From the NCBI GenBank assembly GCA_963717935.1, contig CAVQXP010000004.1, positions 388,898 through 452,897 on the forward strand: a stretch of DNA of 64,000 nucleotides. The letters run 5' to 3'. The notes under the pieces are model-generated. The model was not told the origin of the DNA, did not search any database, and worked only from the letters and a program-made list of their open reading frames with translations. The first letter of the stretch is position 1; the number at the start of each line of letters is the position of its first letter. Below are positions 45,884-54,845 of this stretch, in pieces. This DNA is from Candidatus Eiseniibacteriota bacterium. GTDB lineage: Bacteria; Eisenbacteria; RBG-16-71-46. Position numbers and translations under genes: made by a program.

Positions 45884-46819
45884 TCACCGGCCGGTCACGG
45901 GCAGGGGGACGTCGGCGTCCGCGGCGGTCCGGCTGCGGGCCGAGACCACGACCCCCGCGACGCAGACCAGCGCGGCCCCCACCCACTGATGGAGTCCCGG
46001 GGCGCGCGCGAACGAGAGCGCCTCGAACGCGTAGGTGATGACCACGCCGGCGTACGAGACGGCGCTGAGCCGCGCCGCGCGTCCCAGGCCGTAGGCGCGG
46101 CTCATCGCGACCTGCCCGAGCCCGCCGGCCGCCGCGCTCGCCAGCAGCGGCACCAGCGCCCGCGGCGAGGGCACCACGAAGCGCGGCAACGACACCAGCA
46201 GCAGGGTCACGCCGGCCACGAGCGACATGTGCAGCGCGATGGCCTCGCTGCTCTCGCTCGGGCCCAGCCGGCGCAGCCGCAGGATGGCGAAGCCGTAGGA
46301 GAACGCCCCCAGCAGCAGCGCCAGCGCCAGATCGCCCGAGACGCGCAGCGCCGGCTGCGCGAGCACCGCCACCCCGACGAAGCCGAGCGTGGCGCCGGCC
46401 AGCACGCGCGGCGGCACCCGTTCACCGAGCACCGGCCCCGAGAACAGCGCCACGAACAGCGGCGCCGTCGCGGTGAGCGTGGCCACGTCGCCCAGGGCGA
46501 TGCGCGTCGAGCCCAGCGCCAGGAACACCGCGAGCGCGTTCAGGGTGCCGAAGATCGAGCGCAGCCAGGCGTTCTTCTGGTCGCGCACCACGAGCGACAC
46601 GCCGCGCGCGCGGCCGAGCCCCCAGGCCACCAGCGCGCCGCCCAGGAAGCGCACGCCGCCGATCTCCCAGCCCGGCAGGTCCACCGCGCCCCAGCGCGTC
46701 GCCATGCGCATGAGCGCGAAACAGACCTCGGTGACCAGGATCCAGAAGACGCCGCTGCGCAGGAGACGGAACCGCGTCCCAGGACGCGCAGGTCGGCGTT
46801 GCTCGAGTGCGGCCAGCAT
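45884..46819 (-). CDS. DMT-superfamily transporter (EamA/RhaT-like, 10 TMS)
   Basis: The internal ATG at 46819 gives a 311-aa 10-TMS protein with duplicated EamA halves. The upstream 320 codons of the 632-aa ORF are antisense to the kinase gene and artefactual. Confidence 0.8.
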   Translation of the reverse strand: MLAALEQRRPARPGTRFRLLRSGVFWILVTEVCFALMRMATRWGAVDLPGWEIGGVRFLGGALVAWGLGRARGVSLVVRDQKNAWLRSIFGTLNALAVFLALGSTRIALGDVATLTATAPLFVALFSGPVLGERVPPRVLAGATLGFVGVAVLAQPALRVSGDLALALLLGAFSYGFAILRLRRLGPSESSEAIALHMSLVAGVTLLLVSLPRFVVPSPRALVPLLASAAAGGLGQVAMSRAYGLGRAARLSAVSYAGVVITYAFEALSFARAPGLHQWVGAALVCVAGVVVSARSRTAADADVPLPVTGR

Positions 46820-46960
46820 GACGGGGCAGCATCGCACGCCGGGCCCGCCCCGCGAAGGCGGCCCTGCGGGAGCACGGCCCGGCTCGCCGGAAACGCCGGT
46901 TCCGCCCGGGTGGAACTGCGCTTCTTCCGCCGTCCTTCCCGCGGTAGACTCCCCCACGCA

Positions 46961-49603
46961 ATGCCACTGGCCCCAGGCATGCGCCTCGGTCCCTACGAGA
47001 TCCTCGCCCCCCTCGGTGCGGGGGGCATGGGAGAGGTCTATCGCGCCCGCGACTCGCGGCTGGACCGCACCGTCGCCGTCAAGGTCCTCTCCCCGCACCT
47101 GGCCGCGACGTCCGAGGCGCGCGCCCGCTTCGAGCGGGAGGCGCGCGCGGTCTCCGCGCTGAGCCACCCCCACGTCTGCACGCTCTACGACATCGGGAGC
47201 CAGGACGACCTGGTCTACCTCGTCATGGAACACCTCGAGGGCGAGACCCTGGCCCGGCGCCTCGAGCGCGGCCCCCTGCCGGCCGCCGAACTGCTCGGTC
47301 GCGGCATCGAGATCGCCGACGCGCTGGACCGGGCGCATCGGGCGGGGATCGTCCACCGCGACCTCAAGCCCGGCAACATCATGCTCACGAAGGGCGGCGC
47401 CAAGCTCATGGATTTCGGCCTGGCGCGCACGGCGGGGCTGGCCGCGGTGGCGGGCGAGGACACCGGATCGCCCACCCTGAGTCGGCCGCTCACGGCCGAG
47501 GGGACCCTCGTGGGCACCTTCCAGTACATGGCGCCCGAGGTGCTGGAGGGGCGGGAGGCGGATGCGCGCAGCGACATCTGGGCGCTGGGCTGCGTGCTCT
47601 ACGAGATGGCGACCGCGAAGAAGACCTTCCAGGGCCGCAGCCAGGCCTCGCTCATCTCGGCCATCATGTCGGCGGAGCCCCCGGCCCCGACGACGCTGGC
47701 GCCGCTGACGCCGCCCGCGCTCGAGCAGCTCATCCGGGCCTGCCTGGCCAAGGACCCGGAGGAGCGCGTCCAGACCGCCCACGACGTGAAGCTCGAGCTC
47801 GGCTGGATCGCCCAGGGCAGCTCGCGGGCCGGCGTCCCCGCCGTCGTCGCGAGGCGCCGGCGCACCCGCGAGCGGCTCGCCTGGGTGCTGGCGGCGGCCC
47901 TGGCGGTGGCAGTCCTGGCACTGGGCGCGTTCCTGCTGCGCCGCGGCGAGCCACCGCAGGTCGTCCGCTTCGAGGTGCGTCTGCCGCTGGGCACGATGCA
48001 GATGTCCTGGCCCCGCCTGTCGCCGGACGGACGGACGCTGGCGTTCGTCGCGTCAGACTCGGCCGGCGACCGGCGCGTATGGGTGCGGCCCCTGGATGCA
48101 GTCGAGGCCCGTCCATTGGACGTGGTCGTGGGGAACGCCCGGCCCTTCTGGTCCCCCGACAGCAGGCACCTGGCGTTGATCGATGGCGGGAAGCTGCGCA
48201 AGATCCCGGTCGGCGGGGGACCGCCCATCAACATCTGCGACGCACCGGGCGGCTTCGACGGCACCTGGGGCAGGAGCGGCTGGATCCTCTTCGACGGTGG
48301 CGCCGGCGATTCGATCCGGGGAGTGCCGGCAGCAGGCGGAACGCCCCGCAGCATCACGTTCCTCGATCGTGCAAGGGGCGAGACCGGCCACGCCTGGCCC
48401 TTCTTCCTGCCCGACGGCCGGCACTTCCTGTTCGTGGCTAGCACTCCCGAAGGCCCCGACGCCATCCGCGTCGGTACGCTGGGCTCGAAGGAGAGCCGGG
48501 CCGTCGGTCAGACCGAGAGCCGGGCCGAGTACACGCTGCCGGGCTACCTGGTCTACGAGAACGGGAACACGCTCGTGGCCCAGCCGTTCGACGCCCGGTC
48601 CACCCGCACCACCGGTGATCCCGTCCCCCTGGGAGAGCTCGTCACCGGAGGCGGCGATGGCCCTTTCTCGGTGTCGGGCGCCGGGGACCTGGCCTACCGG
48701 CCGCGAACCACCCAGGAACGGGCCCACCTGCTCTGGCTGGCCCGCGATGGTCACCTCCTCGGAGAGGCGGCCCCGGCCGGCGCGTGGGAGGACGTCATGC
48801 TCTCGCCGGACGGTGCGCGGCTCGCGCTCAGCGCCGTCTCGGACCGGTCGAACCGCGACGTCTGGGTGCACGACCTGGTCCGCGGAGTCAGCTCGCGGCT
48901 CACCCACGACCCGGACATCGAGCTTGCGCCGGTGTGGTCGCCCGACGGCCGTCGCATCGCCTTCGCCGCGCGCCGCGCTGACGGGATGCACTGCTACATC
49001 CGGGCGGCCAACGGCGTCGGGGAGGATGATTCCCTGCCCCACGGCCAGGGCGTCAACGAGGCCCCGCTGGACTGGTCGGGGCCGGCGAACAGCATCCTGT
49101 TCGCGCGCATCAATTCGACAAATCGCTGGGACCTCTGGGTGACGCCCGCTACCGGCCCGCCGGCGCCCAGACCGTTCCTGCAGTCCCCGTTCGACGAGTC
49201 GGTCGGGCGATTCTCGCCCGACGGAAGGTGGCTCGCGTTCGGCTCGAACGAGTCCGGACGATCCGAGATCTACGTCGTGCCATTCCCCGGGCCCGGGGGC
49301 AGGTGGCAGATCTCGACCGCCGGCGGCAGCCATCCCCAGTGGCGTCAGGACGGCGGAGAGTTGTTCTACCTGGGCACGGACCGGCGCATCATGGCGGTCC
49401 CGGTGCGCGCCGGGACGACCTTCGACGCGGGGGTGCCGCAGGCCCTGTTCCAGGCCGCGCTCACCGGCGGTCCATACCCCGGCTACCGCTGGGCCGTATC
49501 CCGCGACGGGCAGCGCTTCCTCGTCAACACACCGTCCGGCGGCGAGTCCCCCGGGCATTTCGTCGTGGTCACGAACTGGACCGCCGAGCTTCGCCGGAAG
49601 TGA
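46961..49603 (+). CDS. Ser/Thr protein kinase with TM anchor and C-terminal TolB-like (PD40/WD40-like) beta-propeller
   Basis: Hanks motifs (GAGGMGEVYRARD, VAVK, HRDLKPGNIML, DFGLA, APE), a TM helix (LAWVLAAALAVAVLALGAFLL) and repeated …WSPDG…/…FSPDG… PD40 blades. Confidence 0.85.
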   Translation: MPLAPGMRLGPYEILAPLGAGGMGEVYRARDSRLDRTVAVKVLSPHLAATSEARARFEREARAVSALSHPHVCTLYDIGSQDDLVYLVMEHLEGETLARRLERGPLPAAELLGRGIEIADALDRAHRAGIVHRDLKPGNIMLTKGGAKLMDFGLARTAGLAAVAGEDTGSPTLSRPLTAEGTLVGTFQYMAPEVLEGREADARSDIWALGCVLYEMATAKKTFQGRSQASLISAIMSAEPPAPTTLAPLTPPALEQLIRACLAKDPEERVQTAHDVKLELGWIAQGSSRAGVPAVVARRRRTRERLAWVLAAALAVAVLALGAFLLRRGEPPQVVRFEVRLPLGTMQMSWPRLSPDGRTLAFVASDSAGDRRVWVRPLDAVEARPLDVVVGNARPFWSPDSRHLALIDGGKLRKIPVGGGPPINICDAPGGFDGTWGRSGWILFDGGAGDSIRGVPAAGGTPRSITFLDRARGETGHAWPFFLPDGRHFLFVASTPEGPDAIRVGTLGSKESRAVGQTESRAEYTLPGYLVYENGNTLVAQPFDARSTRTTGDPVPLGELVTGGGDGPFSVSGAGDLAYRPRTTQERAHLLWLARDGHLLGEAAPAGAWEDVMLSPDGARLALSAVSDRSNRDVWVHDLVRGVSSRLTHDPDIELAPVWSPDGRRIAFAARRADGMHCYIRAANGVGEDDSLPHGQGVNEAPLDWSGPANSILFARINSTNRWDLWVTPATGPPAPRPFLQSPFDESVGRFSPDGRWLAFGSNESGRSEIYVVPFPGPGGRWQISTAGGSHPQWRQDGGELFYLGTDRRIMAVPVRAGTTFDAGVPQALFQAALTGGPYPGYRWAVSRDGQRFLVNTPSGGESPGHFVVVTNWTAELRRK

Positions 49604-49619
49604 CCCGGGCCCCGACGCC

Positions 49620-51263
49620 ATGATGCTCCACCTCTCGGGAGCGACCGGCGACCGGACGCCGGCCTGGAGGATCGAGGCGCCGCTCTCGAGGATCGGGCGC
49701 TCGTCGGCCTGCGAGATCCACCTCGCCGATGCCAGCGTGTCGCGCCGGCACGCCGAGATCGTCCGCCGCGACGATCGCTTCTTCATCCAGGACCTCGGCA
49801 GCCGCAACGGCACCCGGGTGAACGGCGCCGAGGTCCACGCCCCCGTCGAGATCGGCCCGGGCGACTGCGTCGAGGTGGGCGACCTGACGCTGCGCGTGAC
49901 CGCGGAGGGACCCGGACGGCCCGTGCGCGTGCCCTCGGGGGCGCGGATCGACACCTCGGTGCAGCTGCGCGCGGACCACCTGGTCGAAGCGCGCGCGCGC
50001 GACGAGGGGGGCGCCCTGCCGCTGGTGGCCTGGCTGGTCGCGGCCGGACAACTGCTGGTCATGCCGCGGCCGCTCCAGGAGACGTGCGACGAGATCCTGG
50101 AACTCGTCGCCCGCGCCGTCCCCGGCACGCGGCACGTGCTGATGCTGCGTGACGAGACCTCCGGAGAGCTGCGCCAGGCCGCGGCGCGCCATCTCGGCGG
50201 GCGGCCCGACCAGCCGCTGGCGCTCTCCCGCTCGATCGTCGGGCGGGTCCTCGAGGAATGCACCTCGGTGCTCACGGCGGATGCCCTGCACGACCCGCGC
50301 TTCAGCGCCCAGGACAGCGTCGTGCGGCAGGCGGTCCACTCCGCCATGGCCGTGCCGCTCTTCGACAACCGCAGGGTCCTGGGGCTCGTCTACGTGGACA
50401 GCCAGGACGTCGCCGTCAGCTTCACCCCGTCGCAGCTCGAGGTGCTCACGCTGCTCGCCAACATGGCGGCGGTGAAGATCAGCAACGCGCGCCTGCTGGC
50501 GGCCGAGCAGGCGCGGCTCCGCCTGGCGCACGAGCTGGCCACCGCCGCCCGGATCCAGCGCGCGATGCTGGCGCCCGCGCCCCTCATGGAGGGCTGGCAG
50601 GTGGAGGCCTGCATCGAGCCCTGCCACGAGGTCGGCGGCGACCTCTACGATTGCCGCATCACGCGCGACGACCGCCTGGTCTTCCAGGTGGGCGACGTGG
50701 CCGGCAAGGGGATGGGCGCCGCCCTGCTGATGTCGTCGTTCCTGGCTTCGTCCCGCGTCCTCTACGAAACCTGCGACGACCCGGGCGCGCTCGCCACCCG
50801 GCTCGGCGCCATCGTGTGCGACCACGGGGATCCGGGCCGCTTCGTCACCGGCTTCGTCGGCTGCCTCGACCTGCGCACGGGGACCGTGCATTACGTGAAC
50901 GCAGGCCATCCCTCGGCGCTGCTGCTGCACCGCGGCGGGATCCGGCCGCTGGAGAGCAACGGCGTTCCGTTCGGCGTCCTGCCCGGCTACGACTACCGCG
51001 CCCTGACCGCCGAGATCCCCCCGGGGGCGATGCTCGCGGTCTTCAGCGACGGCATCCCCGAGGCGCAGTGCGGCTCCGAGATGTTCGAGGATGAGCGTCT
51101 GCACGAGGTCCTGCTCGCGGCCGCGGCCGCGCCCGACCTGGCCGACGTGCGGCGCGGCGTCCTCGCCCGGCTGGACACGTTCCTCGGGGACGCCACGCGC
51201 AGCGACGACGTCACGCTCCTGCTGATCCGGCGCGAGGCCGCCACCCCGCCCCCGTCCGCCTGA
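49620..51263 (+). CDS. FHA-GAF-PP2C (SpoIIE-like) Ser/Thr phosphatase
   Basis: N-terminal FHA domain (…GRSSACEIHLADASVSRRHAEI…QDLGSRNGTRVNG…), central GAF domain, and C-terminal PPM motifs (…GGDLYD…, …DVAGKGMGAAL…, …FSDGIPEA…). It lies 16 nt downstream of the kinase. Confidence 0.8.
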   Translation: MMLHLSGATGDRTPAWRIEAPLSRIGRSSACEIHLADASVSRRHAEIVRRDDRFFIQDLGSRNGTRVNGAEVHAPVEIGPGDCVEVGDLTLRVTAEGPGRPVRVPSGARIDTSVQLRADHLVEARARDEGGALPLVAWLVAAGQLLVMPRPLQETCDEILELVARAVPGTRHVLMLRDETSGELRQAAARHLGGRPDQPLALSRSIVGRVLEECTSVLTADALHDPRFSAQDSVVRQAVHSAMAVPLFDNRRVLGLVYVDSQDVAVSFTPSQLEVLTLLANMAAVKISNARLLAAEQARLRLAHELATAARIQRAMLAPAPLMEGWQVEACIEPCHEVGGDLYDCRITRDDRLVFQVGDVAGKGMGAALLMSSFLASSRVLYETCDDPGALATRLGAIVCDHGDPGRFVTGFVGCLDLRTGTVHYVNAGHPSALLLHRGGIRPLESNGVPFGVLPGYDYRALTAEIPPGAMLAVFSDGIPEAQCGSEMFEDERLHEVLLAAAAAPDLADVRRGVLARLDTFLGDATRSDDVTLLLIRREAATPPPSA

Positions 51264-51296
51264 GACTCCGTCGCCGACGCGCGTGGCGTCGCCGCG

Positions 51297-52517
51297 CTAC
51301 CCCAGCCGGTCCCAGACGCGCCTCGCGCATTCCTTCGCGCGCGCGGCCACCTCGCGTTCATCCACGTTCACGAGCGTGCCGTTGTCCAGCACGATGTCGC
51401 CGCCCACCATGGCGCCCGAGACCGGTGCGCGCAGCATGCCCGACCACAGGTGGTCGAGGAACGTGCGCTCGGTGAACTCCGTCGCCGGCTGGTAGTCCAC
51501 CAGCAGCAGGTCCGCGGGCGAGCCCGCGGCGATGACGCCCAGGCCCTCGCCGAAGTGCCCGCCGGCCCAGCGCGCGCCGTTCACGAACAGCCGCTGGTAG
51601 TGCGCCTCGGCCGGAGCGCCGAAGGCCAGGCTGTGGATCGGATCCGGCAGCGGCGGCGCGTTCACGCCCGCATCCGTGCCCCACGCCACCTCGCCCTCGC
51701 GCACCAGCGCGGCGACCGAGCCCGCGCCGACCGCCGAGAGCGCGTCACCGCGTTCGCGCAACTCGCCGAGCAGGCCGCGCGGCGCGCTCTCCACGTGCGC
51801 CCAGAGCGTGGGCATGGATTGCTCGCGCCAGCCGCCGCGCGGGCGCCAGCGCTCGGCGGGCGTCAGGTCGAGGGCCAGGTCCACGTGCACGCCCAGCCGC
51901 CCGCCCGCGACGTCGAGCGCCTCGCACACCATCGTGTCCACGCCCTCGAGCGTGCGCGCCTGCACGCCGATCATGCCGCGCAACCGGCCGTCGCGCCGCC
52001 GTCCCATCTCGCTCGCGAACCCGAGCGACTCCTCGAAGGCCGACTGCCGCTCGACCATGGTGTCCGATTCGCTCGCGCCGTAGCAGGTGGCCACGCGCAC
52101 GCCCACCCGCGCCGCCGCCGCCACCACTTCGGAGAGCGAAAGGTCCGGGCAGGCGCCCGAGCGATGGAAGTCGCACACCGAGGTCACGCCGTGGCGCAGT
52201 CCCTCGACCAGCGCCGCGCTGGCCGACCAGAAGACGTCCTCGGGCGAGAGCGTGCGGTCGTAGCGGCGCCACTCGGCGGGCGCGCGCAGTCCGAGCCCGC
52301 GCGCGAGGTGGCGCGCCAGGTGGACGTGGGTGTTGATGAAGCCCGGCATCAGCACGCGGCCGCGCGCGGGCCAGAGCGTCTCCTCCGGATAGGCCGCGCC
52401 CAGCACCGGGAGCGGCCCGATGGCGGCGATGTGCGCGCCCACCACGCGCACCGCCGAGTCCTCGAGCACATCGGGTCTCGTCCCGCCCGTCACGACCGTG
52501 CACGGTCCGATCAGCAT
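51297..52517 (-). CDS. Amidohydrolase-superfamily metal-dependent hydrolase (chlorohydrolase/SsnA-like deaminase)
   Basis: HxH motif (FINTHVHLARH) and the downstream His/Asp ligands typical of amidohydrolase_1. Confidence 0.75.
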   Translation of the reverse strand: MLIGPCTVVTGGTRPDVLEDSAVRVVGAHIAAIGPLPVLGAAYPEETLWPARGRVLMPGFINTHVHLARHLARGLGLRAPAEWRRYDRTLSPEDVFWSASAALVEGLRHGVTSVCDFHRSGACPDLSLSEVVAAAARVGVRVATCYGASESDTMVERQSAFEESLGFASEMGRRRDGRLRGMIGVQARTLEGVDTMVCEALDVAGGRLGVHVDLALDLTPAERWRPRGGWREQSMPTLWAHVESAPRGLLGELRERGDALSAVGAGSVAALVREGEVAWGTDAGVNAPPLPDPIHSLAFGAPAEAHYQRLFVNGARWAGGHFGEGLGVIAAGSPADLLLVDYQPATEFTERTFLDHLWSGMLRAPVSGAMVGGDIVLDNGTLVNVDEREVAARAKECARRVWDRLG

Positions 52518-52536
52518 GTCAGCCCCCCCGCCCGGC

Positions 52537-53865
52537 TCATCCCTGAGCCCGGCCGATGCCCGCGCGCTGGCTCAACCCGCGCGCCTCCGTGCGCGCCTCT
52601 CGGACCACGCGCTCCGGCTCCAACGTCGTCCAGGTCCCGCCACGATAGAGGATGCGTCCCGCCACCATGGTGAGCCGCACGTCGGTGGCCCGCGCGGCGT
52701 GCACCAGCGTGGTGTAGGGATCGAGCGTCTCGTTCGGCGCCAGGTGCGGCGCCGCATGGTCCACCACGATCACGTCCGCCTGTTTGCCGGGCTCGAGCGA
52801 GCCGGTCACGGCGCCGAGCCCCAGCGCCCGCGCGCCCTCGCAGGTGGCGAGCGCCAGCACCTCGCGCGCGCTGAGATGCCCTCCGGGGCCCAGGGTGCGG
52901 GAGATCAGCGCCGCGAGGCTCAACTCGTGGAAGGTGTCGAGCCGGTTGTCGCAGGCCGCCCCGTCCGAGCCGATGCCGCGCCGCAATCCTTCCTGGACCC
53001 AGCGCTTGACGTTGGCGAAGCCGGAGCCGAGCTTGAGGTTCGAGCCCGGACAGTGGACCAGTGCAGCGTCCGCGCGCTTGAGCAGCCCCAGCTCTTCGTC
53101 GTCCACCCACACGCCGTGCGCGCCGACGAAGCGCTCCGACAGCACGCCGCACTTCGCGAAGTAGCGCGCCGCACTGGTCGAGACCGCCGCCTCGACCTCG
53201 CGCGCCTCGGTCGGGCTCTCGGCGAGGTGGGTATGGACGAGCAGACCGCGCTCGGTGGCGGCCGCCGCCACGTCGCGCCACAGCCCGTCGCTGCACGAGA
53301 GGATGAAGCGCGGCGCCAGCGAGACGTGCAGCCGCCCATCCGCCGCGCCGTCCCAGCGCCGGTGCAGCGAGAGCGCCGACTCCAGCGCCTGGGCCGTGCT
53401 CTCGCGCAGCCCGGGCGGCACGCCCACGCCGCGGTCCATGAGCGCCTTGCCGAAGACCGCGCGGATGCCGCTCTGCTCGAGCACCCCGGCGATCGCGTCG
53501 GTGTGGCCCACCGTGCCCATGTCGTTGATGCAGGTGACGCCGCCCGCGATCAACTCGACGAGCCCCAGCCGCGCCGAGGCCGCGATCGAGGCCTCGGTGT
53601 GGGCCGCCTCGAGCAGCCAGACGCTCTCGCGCAGCCAGCACAACAGGTCGCTCTGCTCGGCAAGGCCGCGGAAGAGGGTCTGGCAGAGGTGCAGGTGCCC
53701 GTGGACCAGGCCCGGCAGGACGAAGCCGCCCGAGGCGTCCACCGACTCGTCGGCACGGCCGCCGGGGAGCGCGGCCAGCGCCGCGGGCACGCCCGCGCCG
53801 AGCGCGACGATGAGCCCGTCGTGCACGAGCAGGTCGCCACGGACGACCGTGGCGGACGCGTCCAT
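52537..53865 (-). CDS. Amidohydrolase-superfamily deaminase (MtaD / TRZ-ATZ chlorohydrolase-like)
   Basis: LVHGHLHLCQTLFRGL HxH motif, …HTHLAES…, …HCPGSNLKLGSG…D motifs of the MTA/SAH deaminase-like subgroup. It lies 19 nt upstream of the previous amidohydrolase. Confidence 0.8.
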   Translation of the reverse strand: MDASATVVRGDLLVHDGLIVALGAGVPAALAALPGGRADESVDASGGFVLPGLVHGHLHLCQTLFRGLAEQSDLLCWLRESVWLLEAAHTEASIAASARLGLVELIAGGVTCINDMGTVGHTDAIAGVLEQSGIRAVFGKALMDRGVGVPPGLRESTAQALESALSLHRRWDGAADGRLHVSLAPRFILSCSDGLWRDVAAAATERGLLVHTHLAESPTEAREVEAAVSTSAARYFAKCGVLSERFVGAHGVWVDDEELGLLKRADAALVHCPGSNLKLGSGFANVKRWVQEGLRRGIGSDGAACDNRLDTFHELSLAALISRTLGPGGHLSAREVLALATCEGARALGLGAVTGSLEPGKQADVIVVDHAAPHLAPNETLDPYTTLVHAARATDVRLTMVAGRILYRGGTWTTLEPERVVREARTEARGLSQRAGIGRAQG

Positions 53866-54159
53866 GCAGACGAGCGTGCCGGAATGAAAGAGGCAACTGC
53901 TCAGGCGGGCGCCTCCCTGCGATGAGCATGGCCTCCGGCGTCCGTGCCGGAGTGGGACCGAAGGAACCCGCGCGCCGGGGAGCGCCCGTAGTGGGGGCGC
54001 CCGGCCCGGCGCGATCCACGTTCAGGACCCTTCGAATCTGACGAGACGGTGGCACTCGGCCGGGGGTATGTCAAGAGCCAGAATCGGGCCGCCGGGAGGC
54101 CGGACGCCCGGCTCCGTTTCGGGCCGGGCGTCCGCACTGCTCGGGGAATCGGCGAATCG

Positions 54160-54561
54160 CTACACGCCGCTCCCGCAGGCCCGGCACTTGGTCGCCGCGG
54201 CGGGGATCGTCTCCTTGCAGAACGGGCACTCCCTGGTCGGCGGCGCGGGCGGCGCCGGGGCGGGCTTCAGGAGCGCCTTCGTGATGAGGAACACGACCAG
54301 CGCGATGATGACGAAGTCGATGACGCTGCCGATGAAGGCGCCGTAGGTGATCTGCGCCGCCGGGGTGCCGTCGGCCCTGGTCTTCAGCACGATCGCGGCC
54401 TCGCGCCACGCGCCGCCGGGCACGAAGAGCCCGATGACGGGCATGAGGACGTCGCTCACCATGGAACTCACGACCTTGCCGACGGCCGCGCCGATGATCA
54501 CGCCGACGGCCAGCGCGAGCGCGTTGGTCTTCAGCAGGAACTCCTTGAACTCCTTCAGCAT
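54160..54561 (-). CDS. mscL: Large-conductance mechanosensitive channel MscL with C-terminal zinc-ribbon tail
   Basis: AAGGAGG lies 6 nt before the ATG at 54561. TM1 (ALAVGVIIGAAVGKVVSSMVSDVLMPVIG) and TM2 (GAFIGSVIDFVIIALVVFLITKAL) match MscL. The C-terminus ECPFCKETIPAAATKCRACG replaces the usual helical bundle. Confidence 0.85.
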   Translation of the reverse strand: MLKEFKEFLLKTNALALAVGVIIGAAVGKVVSSMVSDVLMPVIGLFVPGGAWREAAIVLKTRADGTPAAQITYGAFIGSVIDFVIIALVVFLITKALLKPAPAPPAPPTRECPFCKETIPAAATKCRACGSGV

Positions 54562-54845
54562 GTCGACCTCCTTGGGAAGTCGTTGGGGACAGCCGGTGCG
54601 TGGCGGCACGGAGTCGCCGCGGCGGCTTTCCAGGGGCTGCCGGGCCGGGAGTCGTCGTCCGTTCCGGCGGCGGCTGTACGCTATCATAGGCCGGCGACGG
54701 CGCATCCCGGCAAGATCTAGCCCGCCTGGCACGAGCAATGCAATCCTGCGTGTGGCGTGTTCCGTAACCAGGACTGCGCCGCCCCGCCGGACGCCACCGG
54801 CGGGCCCCGGCGCGGGGGGCGGAGCAGCCTCGAGGGGTGGTTTCG

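Noticed and set aside
45611-46960. N-terminal 450 codons of the 1330-aa kinase ORF, and the 5' 320 codons of minus ORF 45884..47782
   Set aside because: The kinase has a clean ATG with Hanks subdomain I right after it at 46961. The upstream frame is antisense to the DMT transporter, and vice versa for the minus ORF.
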